Origin: Rhodospirillales bacterium
GTDB taxonomy: Bacteria > Pseudomonadota > Alphaproteobacteria > Rhodospirillales > SHVU01
Assembly: GCA_009691105.1 (NCBI GenBank)
Contig: SHVU01000002.1
Span: 24,492-88,491, forward strand
Direction: 5' to 3'
Length of the DNA: 64,000 nucleotides
Made by a program: the position numbers and the translations under genes. The stretch's first letter is position 1, and each line of letters opens with the position of its first letter. Under the pieces are notes generated by a model. The model worked only from the letters and a program-made list of their open reading frames with translations. It was not told the DNA's origin and searched no databases. Positions 41,118 through 52,737 of this stretch are shown one piece after another.

Positions 41118-42044
41118 ATGGCAGACGTGTCAGCGGCTCTCGTCAAAGAACTTCGCGAGAAGACCGGAGCCGGAATGATGGATTGCAAGAAGGCCTTGGC
41201 TGAGGCCGGCAATCTAGAAGCGGCGATCGATTGGTTGCGCAAGAAGGGTCTGTCCCAGGCCGCCAAGAAGGCCGGCCGGGTCACGGCCGAAGGCTTGATC
41301 GGCATCGTCGTCGACGGGCGACGCGGCGCCATGGTCGAGCTGAATTCCGAAACCGACTTCGTGGCCCGTAACCAGGAGTTCCAGAATTTCGTTAAAACCC
41401 TCGCCAAGCTGGCTCTCGACAACGCCAGCAAGGATGCGGACGCGCTGGGCGGCGTGGCCTATCCGGGAACCGGCAAGGCGGTACGCGATCAGCTTACGGA
41501 CTTTATTGCGACGATCGGCGAGAACATGGCCTTGCGCCGTGTCGCGACCGTTGAAGTGTCGTCGGGCGTGGTCGGCTCGTATATCCATTCTGCGTTGGCC
41601 CCTGGGCTCGGCAAGATCGGCGTTCTGGTCGGCGTGGAAACGCCGGCGACGGGCGCCGCGGTCGAGACGCTGGCCAAACAAGTCGCCATGCACGTCGCCG
41701 CGGCAAACCCGCAGGTCGTGTCGCGCCAAGATTTGAATCCCGCCGACATCGAACGCGAGCGCCGCGTTCTGCTCGATCAGGCGAAGGAGCAGGGCAAGCC
41801 CGAAGCCGTTGCCGAAAAGATGGTCGAGGGCCGGTTGCGGCGCTACTACGAGGAAACCTGCCTTTTGGACCAGGCCTTCGTCATGGACGACAAGTCGCGG
41901 GTTGGTCAGGTGGTGGAAGCCGCCGCCAAGCAGGCGGGCAGCACCGTCGCGGTGAAGAGCTTCGTTCGATTAGCTCTCGGCGAAGGCGTCGCGAAGAAGG
42001 AAGACTCCTTCGCAAACGACGTCGCGTCGGCCCTAAAATCCTAA
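41118..42044 (+). CDS. tsf: Elongation factor Ts
   Basis: MADVSAALVKELREKTGAGMMDCKKALAEAGNLEAAIDWLRKKG... (UBA-like N-domain). 308 aa. Confidence 0.96.
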   Translation: MADVSAALVKELREKTGAGMMDCKKALAEAGNLEAAIDWLRKKGLSQAAKKAGRVTAEGLIGIVVDGRRGAMVELNSETDFVARNQEFQNFVKTLAKLALDNASKDADALGGVAYPGTGKAVRDQLTDFIATIGENMALRRVATVEVSSGVVGSYIHSALAPGLGKIGVLVGVETPATGAAVETLAKQVAMHVAAANPQVVSRQDLNPADIERERRVLLDQAKEQGKPEAVAEKMVEGRLRRYYEETCLLDQAFVMDDKSRVGQVVEAAAKQAGSTVAVKSFVRLALGEGVAKKEDSFANDVASALKS

Positions 42045-42173
42045 AGGAATCAGTGGCTTCCGAGACGCTTTCCGAATGGGTTAGACTCTACCAATTGTGG
42101 GACGGGTGCGGTTCCAGTGGTATATCATGGGCCGAACGGAAGGGTCCGTGCTCGCCAAACCCATGAAATTCGC

Positions 42174-42965
42174 ATGACAAGTCGGATTAGGGCGATCGAC
42201 ACCGCGGGCCAGGCTTCTGCAGCCGCCTCGGACGCGAAATCGACCGCGAACCCGTATCGCCGGGTTCTGCTCAAGCTCTCGGGAGAAGCCCTCATGGGCG
42301 ATCGCGGCTATGGCCTCGATCCGGTCACCGTTCAGCGGATCGCCGACGACATCCAAGAGGTCGTTAAGCTCGGGACCCAGGTCTGCATCGTCATCGGTGG
42401 CGGCAACATCTTCCGTGGCGTGTCGGCCGCGGCGGCCGGTATCGAGCGGACCAGCGCCGACTACATGGGCATGCTGGCGACCGTCATCAATTCGCTCGCG
42501 ATGCAGAGCGTGCTCGAACGGAAGGGTCTTCAGACCCGCGTTCAGTCAGCCATTCCGATGGCGTCGGTCTGCGAACCCTATATCCGGCGCCGCGCCGTTC
42601 GGCACATGGAGAAGGGCCGGATCGTCATCTTCGCGGCCGGAACAGGCAATCCATTCTTCTCGACGGACACGGCGGCGGCGCTACGCGCCGTCGAAATGGG
42701 CTGCGACGTCCTTATGAAGGGAACGCAGGTCGATGGCGTTTACAGCGCCGATCCGCGCCTAGATACAACCGCGACGCGGTTCGAGCGGCTCACCTACCAC
42801 GACGTCCTCTCCCGCGATCTGAAAGTCATGGACGCGTCGGCCATCACCCTGGCCCGCGACAACAAAGTCCCGATTATCGTCTTTTCGTTGCATGAAGCCG
42901 GCGGCTTCGCCCACGCACTCGGGGGCCGCGGCACCTTCACGATCATCGCCGAGCAAGGAGTCTGA
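42174..42965 (+). CDS. pyrH: UMP kinase
   Basis: ...[15 protein letters not shown]..., ...[11 protein letters not shown]..., ...[22 protein letters not shown].... ATG 42174 is the only standard start upstream of the kinase core, giving a ~25-aa N-terminal extension. Confidence 0.9.
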   Translation: MTSRIRAIDTAGQASAAASDAKSTANPYRRVLLKLSGEALMGDRGYGLDPVTVQRIADDIQEVVKLGTQVCIVIGGGNIFRGVSAAAAGIERTSADYMGMLATVINSLAMQSVLERKGLQTRVQSAIPMASVCEPYIRRRAVRHMEKGRIVIFAAGTGNPFFSTDTAAALRAVEMGCDVLMKGTQVDGVYSADPRLDTTATRFERLTYHDVLSRDLKVMDASAITLARDNKVPIIVFSLHEAGGFAHALGGRGTFTIIAEQGV

Positions 42966-42969
42966 CGCG

Positions 42970-43539
42970 ATGCCGGCTTTCGACGCTAATACGCTCAAAA
43001 ATGAAGCCAAGCGACGCATGGACAGCACCATCGAGGTGCTGCACAAAGAATTCAGCGGCCTGCGTACGGGTCGCGCCTCGGCCGGGATTCTTGAACCCAT
43101 CCAAGTTGAAGCCTATGGCAACCGGATGCCGATGAATCAGGTCGGGACCGTCGGCGTCGCCGATGCCCGCCTGGTGACCGTCCAGGTCTGGGACAAAGGT
43201 CTCGTCAAAGCCGTCGTCAAAGCGATCGCCGAAGCCGGGCTAGGGCTCAATCCCGCTGCCGACGGACAGTTGGTGCGCGTGCCGATCCCGCCGTTGAGCG
43301 AAGACCGGCGCAAGGAATTGTCGCGCATCGCGCACAAATACGGCGAAGAGGCGCGGGTCGCGATCCGCAACGTCCGCCGTCACGCCATGGACGAATTGAA
43401 GAAGGCCGAAAAGGAACACGCGATTTCCGAGGACGATCATCGGAAGCTGTCCCAAGAGGTCCAAAAGACGACCGACGAATACACGGCCCGGGTCGACCAA
43501 ACCTTGAGCCACAAGGAAAAGGAAATCCTTCAGGTCTGA
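42970..43539 (+). CDS. frr: Ribosome recycling factor
   Basis: 189 aa from ATG 42970. ...[27 protein letters not shown]..., ...[14 protein letters not shown].... Confidence 0.94.
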   Translation: MPAFDANTLKNEAKRRMDSTIEVLHKEFSGLRTGRASAGILEPIQVEAYGNRMPMNQVGTVGVADARLVTVQVWDKGLVKAVVKAIAEAGLGLNPAADGQLVRVPIPPLSEDRRKELSRIAHKYGEEARVAIRNVRRHAMDELKKAEKEHAISEDDHRKLSQEVQKTTDEYTARVDQTLSHKEKEILQV

Positions 43540-43542
43540 CGC

Positions 43543-44274
43543 ATGAAGACCCAGTCCTCGCCCATGGGATCTTCGACGCTCCGTCACGTCGCCATCATCA
43601 TGGATGGCAACGGACGGTGGGCGCGGGCGCGCGGCTTGGCCCGGACCGCTGGTCATAAGCGCGGCGCCGAAGCCGTGAAAGAAGTGGTGCGCGCCGCCGG
43701 GACGTTGGGCATTCCGTATCTGACGCTCTACGGCTTTTCGTCCGAGAACTGGAAGCGGCCGGCGCCCGAGGTCAACGACCTGATGGGCTTGCTCCGCTTT
43801 TACTTGCGGAGCGAAATCGCCCACCTGCACGAAAACGGCGTTCGGTTGCGCGTCATCGGCGAACGGCATCGCCTGGCGCCCGACATTGTCGCGATGATCG
43901 ACTCGGCCGAACGTCAGACGGGCGACAACACAGCGCTGACATTGGTCATCGCCTTGAGTTATGGCGGCCGTGCCGAAATCACGAGCGCGGCGCGACGCAT
44001 CGCCGAAGACGTCGCCGCCGGCCGGCTCGGAACGGCCGCGATCGATGACGAAGCCTTCACCCGCTATCTGTTCACGGCGGGCATTCCCGATCCCGATCTG
44101 TTGATCCGTACCAGCGGCGAAAAGCGGATCAGTAATTTTCTGCTCTGGCAGCTCGCCTATGCCGAATTCGTGTTCGTCGACACCTTGTGGCCGGATTTCG
44201 GCCAAGCCGATTTCGAACGTGCGATCCAAGAGTATCGGGGTCGAGAACGACGGTATGGCGCGGTTGGTGGCTGA
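43543..44274 (+). CDS. uppS: Undecaprenyl diphosphate synthase
   Basis: HVAIIMDGNGRWA, ...LTLYGFSSENWKRP..., ...IRTSGEKRISNFLLWQLAYAEF.... Confidence 0.95.
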   Translation: MKTQSSPMGSSTLRHVAIIMDGNGRWARARGLARTAGHKRGAEAVKEVVRAAGTLGIPYLTLYGFSSENWKRPAPEVNDLMGLLRFYLRSEIAHLHENGVRLRVIGERHRLAPDIVAMIDSAERQTGDNTALTLVIALSYGGRAEITSAARRIAEDVAAGRLGTAAIDDEAFTRYLFTAGIPDPDLLIRTSGEKRISNFLLWQLAYAEFVFVDTLWPDFGQADFERAIQEYRGRERRYGAVGG

Positions 44275-44281
44275 CAGCGCC

Positions 44282-45082
44282 ATGAACGAATTGATCCGGC
44301 GGGCGATCTCGGCGGTCGTTCTCGCGCCCGTTGTTCTCGGCGCGGTGTATTTCGGCCGTCCCTGGTTCGAGATGATCATCATCGTGGCGGCGGCGCTCGC
44401 GACGTTCGAGTGGGTGCGTCTCGCCATGGGCCGCGAGCCCGGTATCGATTTCGGACTCGCCGCGACGTTCGTCATCGGAGCGGCCGTCGCCCAAGCTCTC
44501 TCAACGCCGAGCGTGGCCCTGGCACTCCTGGCCGCGGGCGCGGTGGCGGTTGCCGCCGTGTCGTTCTTGTCCGACGCAGCGCCACGCCTTGGGCGACTTG
44601 GGCTCGCGATTGGGGTTCCGATCATCGGATTGCCGACAGTCGCGCTGATATGGCTTCGCGCTGAACCGCTGACCGGTCGGACGACCATTTTCTGGCTCTT
44701 GGCCGTGGTCTGGGCTGTCGACATCGGCGCCTACGCCTTCGGGCGATTGATAGGGGGGCCGCGCCTTGCGCCGGCCATCAGTCCCGGCAAGACGTGGTCC
44801 GGCCTCATCGGCGGTGTCGCCTGCGGGGCGGCAGTCGGTTTTTCCGTAGCCTTCGCGTTGGGTCAACCGGTTGACGCGACGCTGGCTCTCGCCGGCCTGG
44901 GTCTTGGCATCATCGCGCAGCTCGGCGACCTCGGCGAATCCTGGGTCAAGAGGCGCGCCGGCGCGAAGGACTCGGGTGGACTCATTCCCGGCCATGGCGG
45001 GATCTTGGATCGCATCGACGGCTTGTGGGCTGCCGCAGCGGCATTCGGTCTTCTGACGCTTGCCGGGACGAGAGGAATTTAG
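44282..45082 (+). CDS. cdsA: Phosphatidate cytidylyltransferase
   Basis: Polytopic protein with signature ...GDLGESWVKRRAGAKDSGGLIPGHGGILDRIDG.... Start is ambiguous: ATG 44282 (after the uppS stop) or ATG 44255 (20-nt overlap). Confidence 0.88.
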   Translation: MNELIRRAISAVVLAPVVLGAVYFGRPWFEMIIIVAAALATFEWVRLAMGREPGIDFGLAATFVIGAAVAQALSTPSVALALLAAGAVAVAAVSFLSDAAPRLGRLGLAIGVPIIGLPTVALIWLRAEPLTGRTTIFWLLAVVWAVDIGAYAFGRLIGGPRLAPAISPGKTWSGLIGGVACGAAVGFSVAFALGQPVDATLALAGLGLGIIAQLGDLGESWVKRRAGAKDSGGLIPGHGGILDRIDGLWAAAAAFGLLTLAGTRGI

Positions 45083-45083
45083 C

Positions 45084-46292
45084 GTGGTCACAGTGTCGCA
45101 ACCGATTCCCAAAACGAACGGCGGGGCACCGCGCAGCGTCAGTGTGCTGGGTTCGACTGGCTCGGTCGGCTGCAACACCGTCGAGCTTCTGCTCCATCGC
45201 CGCAACGACTTCTACATCGAGGCCATGACTGCAAATCGCAACGTCGAGTTGCTGATCCGACAGGCGCGCGAGCTGAAACCGCGATTGGCCGTCGTCGGCG
45301 ACGCCGATCGCTATCAAGAGCTCAAAGATGGACTCTCGGGGTCGGGCATCGAAGCCGCCGCCGGTCGCGAGGCGGTGATCGCCGCGGCGGCGCGCAAGAC
45401 CGATTGGATCATGGCGGCGATTGTCGGCGCGGCCGGACTTGCTCCGACCCTCGAAGCCGTCAAGCGTGGCGCCATCGTGGCTCTGGCGAACAAGGAATGC
45501 CTGGTCTCAGCCGGGGACCTGATGGTGAACGAAGTTGCGCGCTGCGCTGCAACGCTCGTCCCGGTCGATTCCGAACACAGCGCGATTTACCAGGTGTTCG
45601 ATTTCGACGAGGCCGAGAACGTCGAGCGGATCATCCTGACCGCGTCGGGCGGCCCGTTCCGAACGATGAGCGCGGCGGCCATGGCGTCGGTGACACCGGA
45701 ACAAGCCGTCGCCCATCCGAATTGGAGCATGGGCGCTAAAATCTCGGTCGATTCCGCGACTATGATGAACAAAGGCCTCGAAATGATCGAGGCCTACCAC
45801 CTTTTTCCGATCGAGGAAGATCAGATCGACGTTCTGGTTCATCCCCAATCCGTGATCCATAGCCTCGTCGAGTATTCCGACGGTTCGGTCCTGGCGCAGT
45901 TGGGGGCTCCTGACATGCGGACGCCGATTGCCTTTGCCTTGTCATGGCCGAAGCGAATGGCTGCGCCGTCACGGCGATTGGAGCTTGAGAAGATCGGGAC
46001 GTTGACCTTCGAAGCCCCCGACCCGGAAAAGTTTCCGGCTCTAGGGCTGGCACGTCATGCGCTAAAGTCGGGAGGTTCGGCGCCGACCATCCTCAATGCC
46101 GCGAACGAGGTGGCCGTGCAGTCATTCCTAGACCGGCGCATCGGATTTCTGGACATTGCTCGCGTCGTCGAGCAAACAATGACGGCCGCGGAAGCGCGAA
46201 GCCTGAACTGTCTCGATGACGTTCAGGACTGTGACGGCGAAGCGCGGCGAATTGCAGGGGACTTCGTCACGGCTTGTCAGCAACGCCCTTAA
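45084..46292 (+). CDS. dxr: 1-deoxy-D-xylulose 5-phosphate reductoisomerase
   Basis: ...SVSVLGSTGSVG... NADPH site, ...LANKECLV..., ...VDSEHSAIYQ..., ...NKGLEMIEA.... GTG 45084 with GAGAGGA 7 nt upstream is preferred to the track's TTG 45060. Confidence 0.9.
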   Translation: MVTVSQPIPKTNGGAPRSVSVLGSTGSVGCNTVELLLHRRNDFYIEAMTANRNVELLIRQARELKPRLAVVGDADRYQELKDGLSGSGIEAAAGREAVIAAAARKTDWIMAAIVGAAGLAPTLEAVKRGAIVALANKECLVSAGDLMVNEVARCAATLVPVDSEHSAIYQVFDFDEAENVERIILTASGGPFRTMSAAAMASVTPEQAVAHPNWSMGAKISVDSATMMNKGLEMIEAYHLFPIEEDQIDVLVHPQSVIHSLVEYSDGSVLAQLGAPDMRTPIAFALSWPKRMAAPSRRLELEKIGTLTFEAPDPEKFPALGLARHALKSGGSAPTILNAANEVAVQSFLDRRIGFLDIARVVEQTMTAAEARSLNCLDDVQDCDGEARRIAGDFVTACQQRP

Positions 46293-46310
46293 CCACGATC
46301 GGAAAGCGAC

Positions 46311-47423
46311 ATGGACGTTTTGAATTTTCTATGGGACCGCGCCGTACCGTTTCTCGTCGTTCTGACGGTACTAATCTTCGTTCATGAGCTGGGCCACTAC
46401 TGGGTGGCGCGACGCAACGGCGTTCGCATCGAGGTCTTCTCGATCGGCTTCGGACCGGAACTGTTCGGCTGGACCGACCGTCACAACACGCGTTGGAAAA
46501 TCAGCGCGCTGCCATTCGGCGGTTACGTCAAAATGTTCGGTGAAGGCGACGGCTACAGCGACACGACGGGCGTTGCGGCCTTAAGTCCCGCCGACCAAGC
46601 GGTTTCGTTCAGCCACAAGCGGCTCGGTCAACGGGCCGCCATTGTCGCGGCCGGCCCCATCGCCAACTACCTGTTTGCCATCGTCGCCTTGGCGTTTCTC
46701 CTCAACGTCGCCGGCAATCCAATGCCGCTCGCCGCGGTCGGCACGATCGTCACGAACAGTGCCGCCGAACGGGCAGGCTTGAAGGTCGGCGATCGCATCG
46801 TCGCGATCGACGGACGCGAAACCGAGTGGTTCGAGGATATGCGCAGCATCGTCAGCGCAAGCCCGGGCCGCGAACTGTCGTTGGACGTTGACCGCGCCGG
46901 CCAGCGCTTGGTCGTGAAAGCTGTTCCGGACAATGAAGCCTCGGTCGGACGCCTCGGGGTCACCCCCGATTCGGCCCAAGTCGCGCATCAACTGTACAAT
47001 CCCTTTACCGCGACCGTGATGGCCGTCGAACGGACGGCGATGCTGTCGTGGCAAATCCTTGTCTATCTCGGCGAGGTCGTAACCGGATCCCGGGGCACCG
47101 AGGAGCTGGGCGGGCCGCTCCGGATCGCCCAGATGTCCGGTGAAATGGCCCAAGTGGGATGGTCGAGTCTGCTGTTCTTCATGGCGGCGCTATCGATCAA
47201 TCTGGGCTTGATTAACCTCTTCCCGATCCCGCCCTTGGACGGGGGGCATCTTGCCTATTTCGCCGCCGAGGCGATTCGCGGCCGGCCGCTGACCGCCAGG
47301 ACCCGAGATTACGGTTTCCGGGTTGGAATGGTTCTGGTATTGCTCCTCTTGGTATTCGCCACCTGGAACGACCTTACACGACACACTAAGGTCATCCAGT
47401 ACATTCGCGATCTGATCACCTGA
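46311..47423 (+). CDS. rseP: RIP zinc metalloprotease RseP (M50 family)
   Basis: HELGHYWVARRNGV (HExxH) in the first TM helix, one PDZ region, C-terminal ...NLFPIPPLDGGH.... 370 aa. Confidence 0.92.
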   Translation: MDVLNFLWDRAVPFLVVLTVLIFVHELGHYWVARRNGVRIEVFSIGFGPELFGWTDRHNTRWKISALPFGGYVKMFGEGDGYSDTTGVAALSPADQAVSFSHKRLGQRAAIVAAGPIANYLFAIVALAFLLNVAGNPMPLAAVGTIVTNSAAERAGLKVGDRIVAIDGRETEWFEDMRSIVSASPGRELSLDVDRAGQRLVVKAVPDNEASVGRLGVTPDSAQVAHQLYNPFTATVMAVERTAMLSWQILVYLGEVVTGSRGTEELGGPLRIAQMSGEMAQVGWSSLLFFMAALSINLGLINLFPIPPLDGGHLAYFAAEAIRGRPLTARTRDYGFRVGMVLVLLLLVFATWNDLTRHTKVIQYIRDLIT

Positions 47424-47450
47424 GACACACACGACGTTTTTGAGGACCCA

Positions 47451-49721
47451 GTGCGACGTTTTCTTTACATCGCATCGCTAGCCTTGATTCTGGTGGGGGA
47501 GGCCGGTTTGGCCGCAGCCCAGACCCCAGGCGCCGTCGTTCGCGAAATTACGGTCGACGGGACCGAACGTATCGACCCGGATACCGTCCGGTCCTACCTG
47601 GTCATCCAGGAAGGCGACCCGTTCGACGCGGACCGCGTTGACCGGTCGCTGAAGGCGCTGTTCGCGACGGGTCTCTTCGCCGACGTCACCTTGCGCCGCA
47701 ACGGCGACACCTTGGTTGTCGCAGTCGTCGAAAACCCGGTCATCAACCGGATCGCTTTCGAAGGCAACCGGCGGCTGACCACCAACGCGCTGACGGCCGA
47801 GGTCACCTTGAAGCCTCGGGTCATCTACACCCGGACCAAGGTTCAGAACGACGTCAAACGCATTCTAACCCTGTACCGGCGCAGCGGACGATTTGCCGCG
47901 ACCGTCAAGCCGAAGATCATTCAGCAGCCGCAGAACCGTATCGACCTCGTCTTCGAGATCAACGAAGGCGACGTGACGGCGATCGAGCGCATTCGTTTCG
48001 TCGGCAACAAGGAATACAGCGACGGGCGACTGCGCGACATCATCCGCACCCGTGAGACGCGCTGGTATCGCTTCTTCTCAAGCGACGATACCTACGACCC
48101 GGACCGCCTGACGTTGGATCGCGACCTGTTGACCCGCTTCTATCGTCGCAACGGTTATGCCGACGTGCGCGTCGTGTCAGCGGTGGCTGAATTGACGACG
48201 AACCAGGAAAAATTCTTCCTGACCTTCACGGTCGAGGAAGGGCCGCGTTATCGCCTTGGCACCGTCGGTGTGGAATCGCAGCTTCGCGGCTTGAATGCCA
48301 ACCAAGTCGACGCCGTCGTCGAACTCGAGTCCAACGATTGGTTCGACTTCGAGGCCGTCGAAAAGACGATCAACGCTCTGACCGACGCGGTATCGGCGTT
48401 GGGTTACGCGTTCGTCGACGTTCGTCCGCGGGTCGATCGTAACCGCGCCGCCAAGACCGTCAATGTCGCCTTCGAAATCACCGAAGGCCCCCATGTGTAT
48501 GTCGAACGCATCGACATCGAAGGCAACTCGCGCACGATCGACTCGGTCATCCGACGTGAATTCCGGTTGGTCGAAGGCGATGCGTTCAACGCCAGCAAGC
48601 TGCGCCGGTCACGCCAACGCCTGCAGAACTTGAACTACTTCGAGCGGGTCACGGTCGAGCAGGTGCCGGGCAGCGCCGCCGATCGCACCGTCATCAAGAC
48701 TAACATCCAAGAGAAGTCGACCGGTTCGCTCTCCATCGGCGCCGGCGTGTCGAGCGCCCACGGTCCTCTCGCCGACGTGACGATCCGCGAACGAAACCTG
48801 TTGGGCAAAGGACAGGACCTGAACGTCAATCTCCAGGTCTCGGCAAGGCGCAACGCCGGCCGGTTCAGTTTCACGGAACCGTTTTTCCTCGATCGCGACA
48901 TCTCGGCCGGGTTCGACATCTTTCATTTGAGCTCCAACCAACAGGACACGAGTTCCATCAACATCAAACAGACGGGCGGCGGGGTCCGTGGCGGATACCC
49001 GATCACCGAACGGCTCAGTCAGCGGTGGGGCTATAACGTCGACCTGACGCAAATCAGTAACGTCGCCGAGAGGGCGTCACCGCTTATCAAGAGCCAGGAT
49101 CGCGAAGTCATGTCGTCCGAAGTCACACACAGCATGACCTACGATCGGCGCAACAGCCGAATCAACGCGACCGAAGGGTATTTCGTCCGCTTCACGAATG
49201 ACGTGGCCGGTCTCGGCGGTGACGCCCAGCATTTCCGGAACGTCGTTGATGGCGCACAGTACTTCCCGTTCTTCGACGAATACGTGATCGCGGTCAGCGG
49301 TTCCGCCGGGCACATCTTGGGGCTTGGCAAAGACGTGTACATGATCGATCGCTTCTTCGTCGGCGGCGACGATCTGCGCGGTTTCGCAAATTCTGGTATC
49401 GGTCCACGCGATTCGACCAACGGCGACGCCCTGGGCGGTGAATGGAGATACGCTGGCTCTGTCGAGTTGCGCTTCCCGATTGCCATCGCGCCGGAACTCG
49501 GCTTCAACGGGCGCGTCTTTACGGACTTAGGCAGCTTGGGCGGTCTCGAGCCCACCAACGCCAGTGCTCAGGACACCGGGGGGCTTCGCGCCGCGGCCGG
49601 TGTCGGCCTGACGTGGCAGTCGCCCTTGGGCATGATCGGCTTAGATTTCGCGCTGCCGTATCTCAAAGAAGACTTCGACGATACCCAGTGGGTCCGATTT
49701 AATTTTGGAACGAGGTTCTAG
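47451..49721 (+). CDS. bamA: Outer membrane protein assembly factor BamA
   Basis: 756 aa. Signal peptide, repeated POTRA units (...VREITVDGTERID..., ...INRIAFEGNR..., ...IERIRFVGNKEY..., ...VERIDIEGNSRT...), C-terminal beta-barrel ending ...RFNFGTRF. Confidence 0.95.
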   Translation: MRRFLYIASLALILVGEAGLAAAQTPGAVVREITVDGTERIDPDTVRSYLVIQEGDPFDADRVDRSLKALFATGLFADVTLRRNGDTLVVAVVENPVINRIAFEGNRRLTTNALTAEVTLKPRVIYTRTKVQNDVKRILTLYRRSGRFAATVKPKIIQQPQNRIDLVFEINEGDVTAIERIRFVGNKEYSDGRLRDIIRTRETRWYRFFSSDDTYDPDRLTLDRDLLTRFYRRNGYADVRVVSAVAELTTNQEKFFLTFTVEEGPRYRLGTVGVESQLRGLNANQVDAVVELESNDWFDFEAVEKTINALTDAVSALGYAFVDVRPRVDRNRAAKTVNVAFEITEGPHVYVERIDIEGNSRTIDSVIRREFRLVEGDAFNASKLRRSRQRLQNLNYFERVTVEQVPGSAADRTVIKTNIQEKSTGSLSIGAGVSSAHGPLADVTIRERNLLGKGQDLNVNLQVSARRNAGRFSFTEPFFLDRDISAGFDIFHLSSNQQDTSSINIKQTGGGVRGGYPITERLSQRWGYNVDLTQISNVAERASPLIKSQDREVMSSEVTHSMTYDRRNSRINATEGYFVRFTNDVAGLGGDAQHFRNVVDGAQYFPFFDEYVIAVSGSAGHILGLGKDVYMIDRFFVGGDDLRGFANSGIGPRDSTNGDALGGEWRYAGSVELRFPIAIAPELGFNGRVFTDLGSLGGLEPTNASAQDTGGLRAAAGVGLTWQSPLGMIGLDFALPYLKEDFDDTQWVRFNFGTRF

Positions 49722-50435
49722 ATGCATAATCGCCGCGCATTTACCGCGGTAGCGCTCGTTGCGGCTTTGATGGCTGGCGCGTTCGACGCCGCCGCCCAAC
49801 AGCAGCAACAGCGGCCCGCGACCGCTCCGCAGCCGGCCCAGCGGCCTGCGGCGACTCCCCAGCAATCGGCGGCAACGCCGACCCCACGGCCGGCCGCACA
49901 ACAATCGACGGGTGACGCGGTCGTTCGAATCGCCGTGATCGATATCGACGGTATTCATCGCAACGCCGCCGCTGCGAAGAACATCCGGACTCAGATCGAG
50001 AATTTCCGTAAGAATTTCCAGAACGACTTCCGCAAGGAAGACGACGCGTTGCGTCAAGCCAGCCAGGACTTGGCCAAGCAGCGCACGATCTTGTCGGCCG
50101 ATGCGTTCAACGAGGAGCGGCGCAAGTTCGAAGCCCGTCTCGCCGAATCCCAGCGCGTCGCTCAGGCTCAACGCCAAGAGCTCGATCGCGTCGCGAAGAT
50201 CGCCGAGACCGAAATGCAGAAGGTGCTCGACGACGTCATCACCAAAATGGTCGTCGATGGCCAGATCACGTTGCTCTATCGCAAAGAATACATGGTCTTC
50301 GTCCACAAGGGCTTCGACATCACCGATATCGTGCTGGCCCAGCTCGACAAGCAGATTCAGGCCGTCAAAGTCCAAGTTCCGGTCGTCAAAGCCAAGGCGC
50401 AAGAGCCGGTCGTTAGGCCTCCTCTAGGTCGTTGA
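49722..50435 (+). CDS. skp: OmpH/Skp-family periplasmic chaperone
   Basis: Signal peptide, Gln/Pro-rich linker, then coiled-coil-like region (...[38 protein letters not shown]...). Sits in the conserved bamA-skp-lpxD position. Confidence 0.78.
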   Translation: MHNRRAFTAVALVAALMAGAFDAAAQQQQQRPATAPQPAQRPAATPQQSAATPTPRPAAQQSTGDAVVRIAVIDIDGIHRNAAAAKNIRTQIENFRKNFQNDFRKEDDALRQASQDLAKQRTILSADAFNEERRKFEARLAESQRVAQAQRQELDRVAKIAETEMQKVLDDVITKMVVDGQITLLYRKEYMVFVHKGFDITDIVLAQLDKQIQAVKVQVPVVKAKAQEPVVRPPLGR

Positions 50436-50437
50436 TC

Positions 50438-51460
<1,023 letters not shown>

Positions 51461-51463
51461 CTT

Positions 51464-51931
51464 ATGAACGCGAACGACACGTCATCTCCCGCGAAGACGA
51501 TCGATGCCCAACGCATCATGGCGATGATTCCGCATCGCTATCCGTTTCTCATGATCGATCGCGTCATTGCGACGACCCCGGGCGAGCAGGCGACCGCGAT
51601 CAAGAACGTCACCATCAACGAGCCGTTCTTCCAGGGCCACTTCCCGGGTCATCCGGTGATGCCGGGGGTCTTGCTGATCGAGGCTATGGCCCAAACCGCG
51701 GCCGTTCTGGTGGTCGAAACGTTGGGCGCCGCGGCTGAAGGCAAGCTCGTCTATTTAATCTCCATCGACTCGGCGCGCTTCCGAAAGCCGGTGACCCCTG
51801 GCGATACGGTCACGATTACCGTCAAGAAAATGCAGCAACGCGCCAACGTCTGGAAATTCAGCGGCGAAGCCCGCGTCCAGGACGACTTAACGACCGAGGC
51901 CGTATTCGCGGCCATGATTATGGACAGGTGA
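51464..51931 (+). CDS. fabZ: 3-hydroxyacyl-ACP dehydratase FabZ
   Basis: ...[13 protein letters not shown]..., ...[26 protein letters not shown].... Confidence 0.95.
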   Translation: MNANDTSSPAKTIDAQRIMAMIPHRYPFLMIDRVIATTPGEQATAIKNVTINEPFFQGHFPGHPVMPGVLLIEAMAQTAAVLVVETLGAAAEGKLVYLISIDSARFRKPVTPGDTVTITVKKMQQRANVWKFSGEARVQDDLTTEAVFAAMIMDR

Positions 51932-51936
51932 GCCGC

Positions 51937-52737
51937 ATGAGCGTGGTGCATCCGACTGCCATCGTTGACCCCGGCGCCAGCGTTGCGCCGGACGCGACCG
52001 TTGGACCGTATTGCTTGGTCGGACCTGGTGTCGAGATCGGGTCCGGCGTCGAGCTGGTCGCCCATGTCGTCGTCAGCGGCCGAACCAAGATTGGTGCCGG
52101 CACCAAGATTTATCCCTTCGCGTCCATCGGGTTTCCGCCCCAAGACCTGAAATACAAGGGCGAGCCGTCGCGCCTGATCATCGGCAATAACGTCGTCATC
52201 CGTGAACACGTCACCATGAACCCCGGCACATCGGGCGGCGGCATGGAAACGCGGGTCGGCGACCATTGCCTGTTCATGGTCGGCGCACACGTCGCCCACG
52301 ATTGCCGGATCGGCGATCACGTCATCTTCGTCAACAACGCCACGGTGGCCGGCCACGTCTCGATCGGCGATTGGGCGATCCTCGGCGGACTTTCCGCCGT
52401 CCATCAGTTCGTGCGCATCGGCCGGCACGCCATGATCGGGGGCATGTCGGGCGTCGAGAACGACGTCATTCCGTACGGCTCGGTGATGGGCAATCGAGCG
52501 CATCTCGCCAGCCTCAACATCGTCGGACTCAAGCGACGTGAATTCTCACGCGAAACGATCCACGATTTGCGCAAAGCCTATCGCCTGATTTTCGCCCAGG
52601 AAGGCACGATCGTCGAACGGTTGGACGACGTCGCGGAACTGTTCTCGAAGAACGAAGCCGTGATGGAGATCGTAAACTTCATCAAAGCCGACTCGTCGCG
52701 GGCGATCTGCCAGCCGCTTCTCGAGGATGCAGCCTAA
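51937..52737 (+). CDS. lpxA: Acyl-ACP--UDP-N-acetylglucosamine O-acyltransferase
   Basis: [35 protein letters not shown]... hexapeptide repeats, with the C-terminal helical domain. GTG 51928 (overlapping the fabZ stop) is the alternative start. Confidence 0.92.
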   Translation: MSVVHPTAIVDPGASVAPDATVGPYCLVGPGVEIGSGVELVAHVVVSGRTKIGAGTKIYPFASIGFPPQDLKYKGEPSRLIIGNNVVIREHVTMNPGTSGGGMETRVGDHCLFMVGAHVAHDCRIGDHVIFVNNATVAGHVSIGDWAILGGLSAVHQFVRIGRHAMIGGMSGVENDVIPYGSVMGNRAHLASLNIVGLKRREFSRETIHDLRKAYRLIFAQEGTIVERLDDVAELFSKNEAVMEIVNFIKADSSRAICQPLLEDAA

